From: Vicinamibacteria bacterium
Lineage (GTDB): Bacteria > Acidobacteriota > Vicinamibacteria > Marinacidobacterales > Marinacidobacteraceae
Direction: 5' to 3'
Length of the DNA: 64,000 nucleotides
Assembly (NCBI GenBank): GCA_964291235.2
Contig: OZ219816.1
Location: 1,888,001-1,952,000 of the forward strand
Position numbers and translations under genes: made by a program. Positions 38,310 through 46,761 of the stretch are shown here, one piece after another; the first letter of the stretch is position 1; every line of letters begins with the position of its first letter. The notes below the pieces were generated by a model. The model was not told the origin of the DNA. It worked only from the letters and a program-made list of their open reading frames with translations, and made no database searches.

Positions 38310-38984
38310 GTGACGTTCGAGGCCCGGGTGAGGACCGCCATCCTGGGGGTCTTCGCCGAGACCGGGGTCGCACCGGCCCCAGACGGGATCGCCGAGCGGC
38401 TGGGATCGGACGTCGCCGCCGTCCGGGCGGCCTGGGGCCGCCTCCGGGAGGGCCGCGCCATCGTCACCGGCAAGGATGGGGTCTCCATCCGGATGGCGAA
38501 CCCCTTCTCCGGGATTCCCACCGAGCACACCTTCGAATCGGGGGGCGTCCGCTACTACGCGAACTGCGCGTGGGACGCCCTCGGCATCCCAGCGGCGCTC
38601 GGCCTGGGAGGGACCGTCTCGTCGCGCTGCGCGAACTCCGGAGAACCGCTGTGGCTCGAAGTTACGGACGACGGTCCGGGCCCCTGCGGCTGGTTCTTCC
38701 ACTCGCTGGTGCCGGCGGCCCACTGGTGGGACGACATCGTCTTCACTTGAGCGAACATGCTGTTCTTCCGGTCGGAAGACGACCTCCGGGCCTGGTGCGG
38801 CGAGCGCGGCGTGGAGCCGGGACCGAGGGTGCCGGTGCCCCAGCTCTGGAACCTTTCGAAGGTCTGGTACGGAGACCGGCTCGACCCCGAGGCGCCCCGC
38901 CCCACACCCGTAGAGGCCCGCGCTATCTTCGCGGGCGTGGGACTGACCGGCGCCTTCTGGGACCCGGTTTCCCGTCAGGAGTAA
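38310..38984 (+). CDS. MerB (organomercurial lyase)-like protein, probable selenoprotein (UGA at 38748-38750 read as Sec)
   Basis: N-terminal HTH, MANPFS, YANCAWDAL (catalytic Cys/Asp), SRC, then WDDIVFT-TGA-ANMLFFRSE in frame; joins track ORFs 38088-38750 and 38757-38984. Confidence 0.85.
38762..38780 (+). promoter_or_regulatory. Putative bacterial SECIS element
   Basis: G(T)TCTTCC-GGTC-GGAAGAC hairpin with a bulged U and G-containing loop, starting 11 nt after the UGA. Confidence 0.75.
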
Positions 38985-38987
38985 GCC

Positions 38988-40346
38988 ATGACCGACAAGC
39001 GGACCGACAAGCGATCCGGGTTGACCCGAAGGCAACTGCTGGCTGCCGGCGCGGGCGCCGCCGCCGCCGGCCCCGCGCTCGCGGGCGTTCAGGCGGCGGC
39101 AGCGAGTCTGCTAACCGCGCCCGGGATCCCGAACGTCCGCATCGGGTTCGTGGGAGTCGGCGGCATGGGCACCGTCCACGTCCGGAACCTGCTCGCGGTG
39201 GGGAAGGCGTCCCCCGGGGTGGAGATCCGGGCGGTCTGCGACGTCCGGCCCGAGCACGCCGAGCGGGCTCGGGACTTCGTGCGAGAGGCCGGGGGCCCCG
39301 ACCCGACGCTCTACACCCGGGGAGAACGGGACTACGAGCGGATGTGCGCCGAGGAGGACCTCGACCTCGTCTTCACCGCCACTCCCTGGCGCTTCCACGT
39401 CCCGGTATGCGTCGCCGCCATGGAACACGGCAAGCACGCCGCCACCGAGGTGCCGGCCGCCACCACCCTCGACGAATGCTGGCAACTCGTGGAGACCGCG
39501 GAGCGGACCGGCCGCCATTGCGTGATGATGGAGAACTGCAACTACGGCCGGTGGGAGATGATGGTGTTCCACCTGGTCCGGCTGGGGATGTTCGGCGAAG
39601 TGCTCCACGCCGAAGGCGGCTATCTCCACGACCTCCGCGAGGTGAAGTTCGCAAACCGCGGGGAGGGTCTTTGGCGGCGCGCCCACTCCCGTACGCGGGA
39701 CGCGAACCTCTACCCGACACACGGCCTCGGCCCGGTGGCGAACTGCATGGACATCGGCCGCGGCGACCGATTCGACTACCTGGTCTCGATGAGCGGCCCG
39801 TCGCGCGGGCTACAGGACTACGCGCGGGAGCACTTCCCCGAGGGAGCGCCGCAGCGGGCCGAGGAGTTCCGGCTCGGCGACGTGAACCTGAGCCTGATCA
39901 AGACGGCCCGGGGCCGGACGATCACCGTGGTCCACGACACGAACCTGCCCCGGCCGTACAGCCGGATCAACCTGGTCCAGGGCACCCGAGGCATCTTCCA
40001 GGGCTACCCGAACCGGGTGTACGTCGAGGGTAAGAGCGAGTCGCACCGCTGGGACGACGCCGAGACCTGGCGCGCGGAATACGAGCACCCGCTCTGGCGA
40101 AACGTCGCGAGCCCCGGCGAGGAACTCGGGCACGGGCGGATGGACTACCTCGAGGACTACCGGCTGATCCGTTGCCTCCAGGAGGGGTTGCCCACCGAGA
40201 TGAACGTCTATGACGCGGCGGCGCTCTCGGCGGTCACCGACCTGAGCGAGCGGTCCGTGGCGGACCGGAGCCGGCCGATGGACTTCCCGGACTTCACCCG
40301 GGGCGGGTGGAAGACGTTCCCGAAGCTTCCGGTGGTCACGAACTAA
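38988..40346 (+). CDS. Gfo/Idh/MocA oxidoreductase, GH109 (alpha-N-acetylgalactosaminidase)-like, Tat-exported
   Basis: TRRQLL Tat motif; ATPW..H, EVPAA, MMENCNY, YPTHGLGP, HG.MDY. Confidence 0.88.
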   Translation: MTDKRTDKRSGLTRRQLLAAGAGAAAAGPALAGVQAAAASLLTAPGIPNVRIGFVGVGGMGTVHVRNLLAVGKASPGVEIRAVCDVRPEHAERARDFVREAGGPDPTLYTRGERDYERMCAEEDLDLVFTATPWRFHVPVCVAAMEHGKHAATEVPAATTLDECWQLVETAERTGRHCVMMENCNYGRWEMMVFHLVRLGMFGEVLHAEGGYLHDLREVKFANRGEGLWRRAHSRTRDANLYPTHGLGPVANCMDIGRGDRFDYLVSMSGPSRGLQDYAREHFPEGAPQRAEEFRLGDVNLSLIKTARGRTITVVHDTNLPRPYSRINLVQGTRGIFQGYPNRVYVEGKSESHRWDDAETWRAEYEHPLWRNVASPGEELGHGRMDYLEDYRLIRCLQEGLPTEMNVYDAAALSAVTDLSERSVADRSRPMDFPDFTRGGWKTFPKLPVVTN

Positions 40347-40420
40347 CCCGGCGGCCCATCGTCAAATAGACACCAGTCGTTCCAACCAACCGGAAAAGAC
40401 GTCGCTTCGGGGGCCGGACC

Positions 40421-41830
40421 TCAGTTCTCGATTCCCGGCCCCGGGCGGACGCGGGTCTCGGGTGGCGTCGGCTGGACGGTTCCGTTCCGAACCACCCAGT
40501 AGCCATCGCGGAAGACCTCCGCCACGTTCGCGAGCGCGCCCAGGTCGGCGAGCGGGTCCCCCTCCACGATCAGGATGTCCGCAAGCTTGCCGACCTCGAG
40601 CGTCCCGAGCTTGTCGTCCATCCCGAGCACCCGGGCGCTGTCGCGGGTCGCCGCGACGAGCGCCTCGTTCGGCGTGAACCCGGACTCCACGTAGGCCTCC
40701 AACTCCCAGATGTAGGCGTAGGGGAGGTCGCGGTAGTTCTCGACGATCAGGTCGGTTCCCACACCGATCAGGATCCCCGCTTCCTTGAGTTCGCGCAGCA
40801 TGGCGCGGCTGATCTCACCGTTCAGTTCGAAGCGCCGCGAGGTGGAGCTGTGGTAGCTGCCCCGCTCGTTGAAGATGTAGTCGTAGGTGATGATGGTGGG
40901 TACCGACGCCGTGCCGCGCCGGGCCATCATCTGGACCACCTCGTCGGTGCGCGGCAGCGGGTGCTCGATGGTGTCGGCGCCGGCCTCCACCGCCCAGCCG
41001 GTATAGAAGGTCTCCGAATCCACGGTCACCTTGAGGCCGAGCGCGTGGGCCTCGTCCACCGCAGCCGCGATCTCCTCCTGGCTGAAGTGGCTCGCGATCT
41101 TGATGAGGTCGGCGCCCAGCTTGAACTGCTGGCGCACCGCGTCCCGGAACTCGTCCGGCCCGGACGCCTCGACGATCCCGCCGTAGAGCGCGTGGTGGAT
41201 CGAATACCCCTCGGCGCCGTGGCCGCCGGTGCCGGTGATGAGCGAACCCGCCGCGAAGACCCGCGGCCCCGGGAGACGGTTCTGGTTCACCCAGTCCTTG
41301 ACGATGAAAGGAACCGTCCCGGCGGAACCGGTATCCCGGATCGAGGTGATCCCCGAGCCGATGAAGACGTGAAGCCGTTCCATCGCCCGCAGCGTCTGAT
41401 GCGAGGGATCGATCGCCAGTACCTGCGGAACGTCCGGCTCGGTGTAGGTGAGATGGGTGTGCAGGTCGATCAGTCCGGGCAGGACGGTGTGGCCGGAGAC
41501 GTCGAGCACCATGGCGTCTTCGGGCCAGTCCCTCTCGCCCTCGCCGAGGATCGCGGCGATCCGGTTTCGCTCGATCACGAGCGTGCCGATGCGGGAGTCG
41601 GCGCCGGTGCCGTCGAAGAGGAAACCGCCCCAGAGAACGGTGGTCCCGTCGGGACCGCGCGGGCCCGGAGGAGCTGGAACGCGGCGGGGGTCGTCGGAGG
41701 TCTGGACCTCGTTCAGGAACTGGCGGCGGTCCACGACCTGGCGCTGCGTCTCGGGGGGCTGAGCGAGGGCGAGGGGGGCGGTGAGGGAGAAGAGAAGCGC
41801 AGTGGCGAAGATCACGCGAGCAAACGACAT
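40421..41830 (-). CDS. Exported amidohydrolase family protein
   Basis: Signal peptide MSFARVIF; PGLIDLHTH, TGGHG, GTD, GTLEVGKLAD. Confidence 0.88.
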   Translation of the reverse strand: MSFARVIFATALLFSLTAPLALAQPPETQRQVVDRRQFLNEVQTSDDPRRVPAPPGPRGPDGTTVLWGGFLFDGTGADSRIGTLVIERNRIAAILGEGERDWPEDAMVLDVSGHTVLPGLIDLHTHLTYTEPDVPQVLAIDPSHQTLRAMERLHVFIGSGITSIRDTGSAGTVPFIVKDWVNQNRLPGPRVFAAGSLITGTGGHGAEGYSIHHALYGGIVEASGPDEFRDAVRQQFKLGADLIKIASHFSQEEIAAAVDEAHALGLKVTVDSETFYTGWAVEAGADTIEHPLPRTDEVVQMMARRGTASVPTIITYDYIFNERGSYHSSTSRRFELNGEISRAMLRELKEAGILIGVGTDLIVENYRDLPYAYIWELEAYVESGFTPNEALVAATRDSARVLGMDDKLGTLEVGKLADILIVEGDPLADLGALANVAEVFRDGYWVVRNGTVQPTPPETRVRPGPGIEN

Positions 41831-41911
41831 GGGGAACTCCTTGGCGACCGAGCGGCCGGCGGGACTATTCTCGCCGGTTGGGGCCGTCGCGCCATCCGGG
41901 GTCGTTGCTGA

Positions 41912-41940
41912 TTGACGGGAGGCGCGGGCGCCGGGACAAT
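41912..41940 (+). promoter_or_regulatory. Candidate sigma70 promoter
   Basis: TTGACG-N17-GACAAT upstream of the 41990 gene. Confidence 0.4.
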
Positions 41941-41989
41941 GTTGCTCGTGCTCGGCAACCCTGGTTCCCCGGCGTAAAGGCGCGCGAAG

Positions 41990-42970
41990 GTGCGGACAAC
42001 CGGCGGCAGGCGCGGAGCGGCAGGGCGCTTCCGGGTTTCGTCTATCAGCCACGCTCTCGCTCTGGTCGCCGGCGTACTGGTCGCGGGCTGCGGCTCCGAG
42101 CCGGCGGGCTCCGGGTCCGCCCAAGCCGAACCGGCGAGGTCGAAGGTGCTGCTGATCGGGATTGACGGGGTGCGGCCCGACGTGATGGCCGAGGTGCCGA
42201 CCCCGAATCTCGACGCGCTCGCCGGAGGGGGCCTGTTCATCGCGGACGCGCAGACGACGACCCCCTCGGTGAGCGGACCGGCCTGGTCGTCCATGCTGAC
42301 CGGCGTCTGGCCCGACAAGCACGGCGTCACGGACAACGAGTTCACCGGGAAGCGATATGACGAGTTTCCCGATTTCCTGACGCGTATCGAACAGGTGCGC
42401 CCCGAACTGGCGACGGTGGCCATCGCGGATTGGATGCCGCTCGTCCGGGCCGAAAAGGGGAGCGCCCCCGTCAGCGACGCCGTTGACGTGAAGCACGCGC
42501 TCGACGGCTACCAGGTCGGATGGGCCGAGGCAGACAACCGAGTGGCAGCGCTCGCGGTCGAGTTGCTCACCGGGTCCGACCCGGATGCCCTCTTCGTGTA
42601 CCTCGGCCATGCCGACGAAGCGAGCCATGAGCACGGCTCGATCGGTGAGGAATACCGCGCGGCGATTGCGGAGGCCGACCGGCAGGTGGGCGAGATCGTC
42701 GCGGCGGTGCGAGCCCGCCCGTCGTTCGCAACCGAGGACTGGCTGATCCTGTGCAGCACCGACCACGGCCGCCGAGCCGATGGTGGACATGGCGGAGACA
42801 GCCCGGAGGAAATGACGATCTTCGTGATCGCGAGTGGCGCCGGGTCGGCGACCGCCCCCATGCCGAATGGTGTCGGGATCGTGGACGTGGCGGTGACGGC
42901 CCTCACCCATCTCGGGCTCACCATCGAACCGGAGTGGGAGCTGGACGGGAAGTCGCTCACGGATCCCTGA
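41990..42970 (+). CDS. Alkaline phosphatase / nucleotide pyrophosphatase superfamily lipoprotein
   Basis: Lipobox VAGC; IGIDGVRPD, SGPAWSSMLTG, D...H, TDHG. Confidence 0.85.
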   Translation: MRTTGGRRGAAGRFRVSSISHALALVAGVLVAGCGSEPAGSGSAQAEPARSKVLLIGIDGVRPDVMAEVPTPNLDALAGGGLFIADAQTTTPSVSGPAWSSMLTGVWPDKHGVTDNEFTGKRYDEFPDFLTRIEQVRPELATVAIADWMPLVRAEKGSAPVSDAVDVKHALDGYQVGWAEADNRVAALAVELLTGSDPDALFVYLGHADEASHEHGSIGEEYRAAIAEADRQVGEIVAAVRARPSFATEDWLILCSTDHGRRADGGHGGDSPEEMTIFVIASGAGSATAPMPNGVGIVDVAVTALTHLGLTIEPEWELDGKSLTDP

Positions 42971-43046
42971 CCGGAATCGCCAGCCTCGCGCGTCTTCCCG
43001 GTCGGCGATGGGAGTGTCGCAGCGCTGCACGCGGCGATGCCGGTCT

Positions 43047-43143
43047 TAACAGCCTGTGGCAAAACCCCCGCGGCCCAGTTCTCCCGGTGGGGGCTCGAGT
43101 GGCGATGCATCCCGCCTGAACGCCCCCCCACCGGGAGAACTGG
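43047..43143. repeat. TIR remnant plus a 19-bp inverted repeat between convergent genes
   Basis: TAACAGCCTGTGGCAAAAC (17/19 match to the 7950 TIR); CCAGTTCTCCCGGTGGGGG / CCCCCACCGGGAGAACTGG. Confidence 0.6.
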
Positions 43144-43200
43144 CGCTTTGCGGCGCTGATCGTTGACCGCCGGGGGCACTGGCCGGCCGTCCCGGGCGCG

Positions 43201-44253
43201 CTACAGGGCGGCGAGGACGATGTCGGTGATTTCGGTGGTGCCGGCGGAGCCGCCAAGGTCGCGGGGCAGGACATCTCCTCGCAGGCAGTCGGTGACCGCG
43301 GACTCGATGGCCGCCGCCTCCTCCTTCAACCCGAACGACAGGTCCAGCATCATCGCCGCTGTCGAAATCGCCGCGAGCGGGTTCGCAATCCCCTGCCCCG
43401 CGATGTCCGGGGCGGAACCGTGTACCGGCTCGTACAGTCCGCCGCCGTCGCCCACGCTCGCCGAGGGCAGCAGGCCGAGCGATCCGGCCAGCACCGAGGC
43501 CTCGTCGCTCAGGATGTCTCCGAACATGTTGCCGGTGAGGATCACGTCGAACTGGGACGGGTCCCGGACGATCTCCATGGCGGCGCGGTCCACGTACATG
43601 TGGTCGAGCCGGACCGCGGGGTAATCGGAAGCCATCCCGGCCACCACCTCCCGCCAGAGCTGCGACGACTCCAGGACGTTCGCCTTGTCCACCGAAAGCA
43701 GGAGTCCCCGCCGGCGGCCGGCGGCCTCGAAGGCGACGCGGGCGATCCGCTCGATCTCGCGCACCTCGTAGCGGAGCGTGTTCACGCCGACCCGCTGGCC
43801 GTTCTCTTCCCGGATCCCGCGCGGCTCGCCGTAGTAGATGCCGCCGGTGAGCTCGCGCACGATGAGGAGGTCCGCCCCCTCGATCGCCTCCGGCCGGAAG
43901 GGGGAACTGTCCAGCACCCGAATCACCTTGACCGGACGCAGGTTCGCGTAGGCACCGAGCATCCGGCGGAGCTCGAGGAGAGCGCGTTCCGGGCGCTCGG
44001 CAGCGGGGAGCACGTCGTGGCGCGGATCCCCAACCGCCCCCAGCAGGATCGCCCGGGCGCCGGCGCAGGCGGCGCGGGTCACATCGGGAAATCCGGTGCC
44101 CGTCCGGTCCCAGGCCGCTCCCGCGAAGTCGTGGCGCTCCACGAGCAGCCGGTGGCCGCGCCGCGCCGCCACCCGCTCCAGCACGCGTTCGGCCTCGGCC
44201 ACCACGTCGGGGCCGATGCCGTCTCCGGGAAGACAGACGATGGGCAAATCCAT
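43201..44253 (-). CDS. leuB: 3-isopropylmalate dehydrogenase
   Basis: LPGDGIGP, ANLRP, VRELTGGIYYG, VDKANVL, NMFGDILSD, EPVHGSAPDIAG. Confidence 0.95.
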   Translation of the reverse strand: MDLPIVCLPGDGIGPDVVAEAERVLERVAARRGHRLLVERHDFAGAAWDRTGTGFPDVTRAACAGARAILLGAVGDPRHDVLPAAERPERALLELRRMLGAYANLRPVKVIRVLDSSPFRPEAIEGADLLIVRELTGGIYYGEPRGIREENGQRVGVNTLRYEVREIERIARVAFEAAGRRRGLLLSVDKANVLESSQLWREVVAGMASDYPAVRLDHMYVDRAAMEIVRDPSQFDVILTGNMFGDILSDEASVLAGSLGLLPSASVGDGGGLYEPVHGSAPDIAGQGIANPLAAISTAAMMLDLSFGLKEEAAAIESAVTDCLRGDVLPRDLGGSAGTTEITDIVLAAL

Positions 44254-44330
44254 GTTGGCCGGGGATGGTAATCGCCCGCCCCACATTCCCGGCCCTGGCA
44301 TACCCGGCCCCGTCATAGACTCCCCCCGCG

Positions 44331-45062
44331 ATGGCCCCGAATCCCAAGCTGACCGCCTGGGGGAGCCTCCGCCGCTACCTGCTGCGCGGCTTCCTGGTCT
44401 GGATTCCGCTGGCGGCCGTGTTCCTGGTGGGGCGAGTGATCTATTCGATCATCCAGTCCTGGTTCTTCCCCTCCCTCCCCTGGGAGCCGCGGCTCACCGC
44501 GCTCGGCGTGGTGATCCTGGTGCTCTTCCTGACCGGTTGGGGAGTCACCAAGTTCGGCGTTGCCCGGGTGGTGCTGCGCGCCACCGTCGAACGCCCGCTC
44601 AGCCGGATTCCGGTGGCGCGCTGGGTCTATTCGGGAGTGCGCCAACTGCTCGAGGCGCTCTTCTCCTCCGGTGACGCCTTCGGGAAGGTGGTGCTCATCG
44701 AATACCCGCGCCGCGGCGTTTACAGCATCGCGTTCCAGATGGCGGGAGAACTCGGCGAGGTCCAGCACCGGGTGCGGCAACGCATCGCCGAACGAAACGG
44801 CGTCGCCGCCACCCCGGCGCCGAACGATGCCGGGCCGGAGCAACGGGAGGTCATGGCGGTCTTCGTGCCCACGACGCCCAATCCGACCTCGGGCTTCGTC
44901 ATCACCCTCCCCAAGGAAGATGTCATCGAACTCTCGATGAGCCGGCAGGCGGCCCTCCAGATGATCATCTCGCTCGGGGTGGTCGTTCCCGAGTGGCAAA
45001 AGGACCAACTGGAAGGGGAGCCCTCTCCCCCTCCGGGACCGGACTCCGCCGCGCCGGCCTGA
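44331..45062 (+). CDS. DUF502 family membrane protein
   Basis: VVLIEYPRRG, VFVPTTPNPTSGF, IISLG. Confidence 0.9.
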   Translation: MAPNPKLTAWGSLRRYLLRGFLVWIPLAAVFLVGRVIYSIIQSWFFPSLPWEPRLTALGVVILVLFLTGWGVTKFGVARVVLRATVERPLSRIPVARWVYSGVRQLLEALFSSGDAFGKVVLIEYPRRGVYSIAFQMAGELGEVQHRVRQRIAERNGVAATPAPNDAGPEQREVMAVFVPTTPNPTSGFVITLPKEDVIELSMSRQAALQMIISLGVVVPEWQKDQLEGEPSPPPGPDSAAPA

Positions 45063-45107
45063 ACCGGACGCGCCGCCCGGCTGCCTGATTCCCGGCGGCG
45101 GTCCGAC

Positions 45108-46466
45108 TCAGACGACGCCCTGGTCCATCATGGCGTCCGCGACCTTGAAGAACCCGGCGATATTGGCGCCCACGACGTAGTTGCCGACGGCGTCGAACCG
45201 CTCCGACGCCTTGACGCAGGCGTCATGGACTTCAAACATGATGTCGCTCAGCCGGTGGTCCACCACCTCGCGCTTCCACTGGATCATCCCGACGTTCTGG
45301 GCCATCTCCAGCCCCGATACCGCGACGCCGCCGGCGTTTGCGGCCTTGCCGGGTCCGTAGAGGATCCCGGCGGCCACGAACTGGTCCACCGCGTCCGGCA
45401 CCGAAGGCATGTTGGCGCCTTCGGAGACCACGAAACAGCCGTTTTCGAGCAGGGTGGCGGCGTCCTTGGCGCTGACTTCGTTCTCGGTGGCGCTCGGGAA
45501 GGCGCACGCGGCCGGTATGGCCCACAGCGGGTTGTGGTCGGCGCCCAGATCGGAATCGTGATACGTCACGCCCGGGAACTTCTCGGCGTATTCCCGAATC
45601 CGGCCCCGCCGGACGTTTTTCAGTTCCATGACCCAGGCCAGCTTCTCCTGGTCGATCCCGGCCGGATCGTGGATGAAGCCGCTCGAATCGGACAGCGTCA
45701 CCGCCTTGGCCTCGAGGTCATTCAACTTCTCCACGGTGAACTGGGCCACGTTGCCGCTGCCGGAGACGAGACAGGTCTTCCCGCGCAGGTCGTCGTTGCG
45801 GGTGGCAAGCATCTCCTGGGCGAAGTAGACGGCCCCGTAGCCGGTGGCCTCCGGCCGGATGAGCGATCCGCCCCACCCCGGCGACTTGCCGGTGAGGGTG
45901 CCGGTGAACTCGTTGGCGAGCCGTTTGTACTGGCCGAACAGGAAGCCGATCTCGCGGCCGCCGACGCCGATGTCTCCGGCCGGAACGTCGGTGTAGGGCC
46001 CGATGTGACGCTGCAGCTCGGTCATGAACGACTGGCAAAAGCGCATCACCTCGGCATCGCTCTTCCCCTTCGGATCGAAGTCCGACCCGCCCTTGCCGCC
46101 GCCGAGCGGCAAGGTGGTCAGCGAGTTCTTGAACACCTGCTCGAAGGCGAGGAACTTGAGGATCGAGGCGTTCACCGAGGGATGGAAACGCAGGCCGCCC
46201 TTATAGGGCCCGATCGCGCTGTTCATCTCGATCCGGAAGCCCCGGTTCACCTGGACCTCGCCCGAGTCGTTCACCCAGGGCACCCGGAACTGCACCAGGC
46301 GCTCGGGTTCCACCATGCGGTCCAGCACGCGCGCCGCGCGGTACTCGGGGTGTCGCTCGATGACAACGGCAACCGACTCGATGACCTCGCGGACAGCCTG
46401 GTTGAATTCGGGCTCGTTCGGATTGCGCGCCGCGACCTGGTTCAGGACAGACTCGATGTAGTTCAT
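45108..46466 (-). CDS. gdhA: NADP-specific glutamate dehydrogenase
   Basis: GPYKGGLRFHP, GGGKGGSDF, DVPAGDIG, RPEATGYG, GSGNVAQ, GANIAGF. Confidence 0.96.
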   Translation of the reverse strand: MNYIESVLNQVAARNPNEPEFNQAVREVIESVAVVIERHPEYRAARVLDRMVEPERLVQFRVPWVNDSGEVQVNRGFRIEMNSAIGPYKGGLRFHPSVNASILKFLAFEQVFKNSLTTLPLGGGKGGSDFDPKGKSDAEVMRFCQSFMTELQRHIGPYTDVPAGDIGVGGREIGFLFGQYKRLANEFTGTLTGKSPGWGGSLIRPEATGYGAVYFAQEMLATRNDDLRGKTCLVSGSGNVAQFTVEKLNDLEAKAVTLSDSSGFIHDPAGIDQEKLAWVMELKNVRRGRIREYAEKFPGVTYHDSDLGADHNPLWAIPAACAFPSATENEVSAKDAATLLENGCFVVSEGANMPSVPDAVDQFVAAGILYGPGKAANAGGVAVSGLEMAQNVGMIQWKREVVDHRLSDIMFEVHDACVKASERFDAVGNYVVGANIAGFFKVADAMMDQGVV

Positions 46467-46564
46467 GGACCCTCCAGCCCCACCGCCCGTGAACAGGGCA
46501 ACGCGGCCTTCGGCCGCGATCCATCCCGGCGGCAACGCTTCGCGCTCGGTCGCGAATCCCGCGG

Positions 46565-46631
46565 AATACGCTCGGCATTCCTCCGATTCGCGCCGTGTCA
46601 GCCAGGCGCCTCACCGGCCTCGGTGCTCACG
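46565..46631. repeat. Degenerate partial copy of the 7950-8134 element (inverted orientation)
   Basis: 56/67 ungapped identities to the reverse complement of 7972-8038 by manual alignment. Confidence 0.75.
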
Positions 46632-46761
46632 CTGCCCTGTCCAGGGACGGCGAGTGGCGCGGATTGTAGGGCTCCTTCCGGGTCAATGCTCGCGCTCTTT
46701 GAGATTTCCTCCGCCGGGAGGCCGAAAGAAGGCCCAAGCCGGGTGACAAACTAGCAATCGC

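Noticed and set aside
40421-43030. 869-aa ORF
   Set aside because: The N-terminal half is antisense to the phosphatase gene; the real start with a signal peptide is at 41830.
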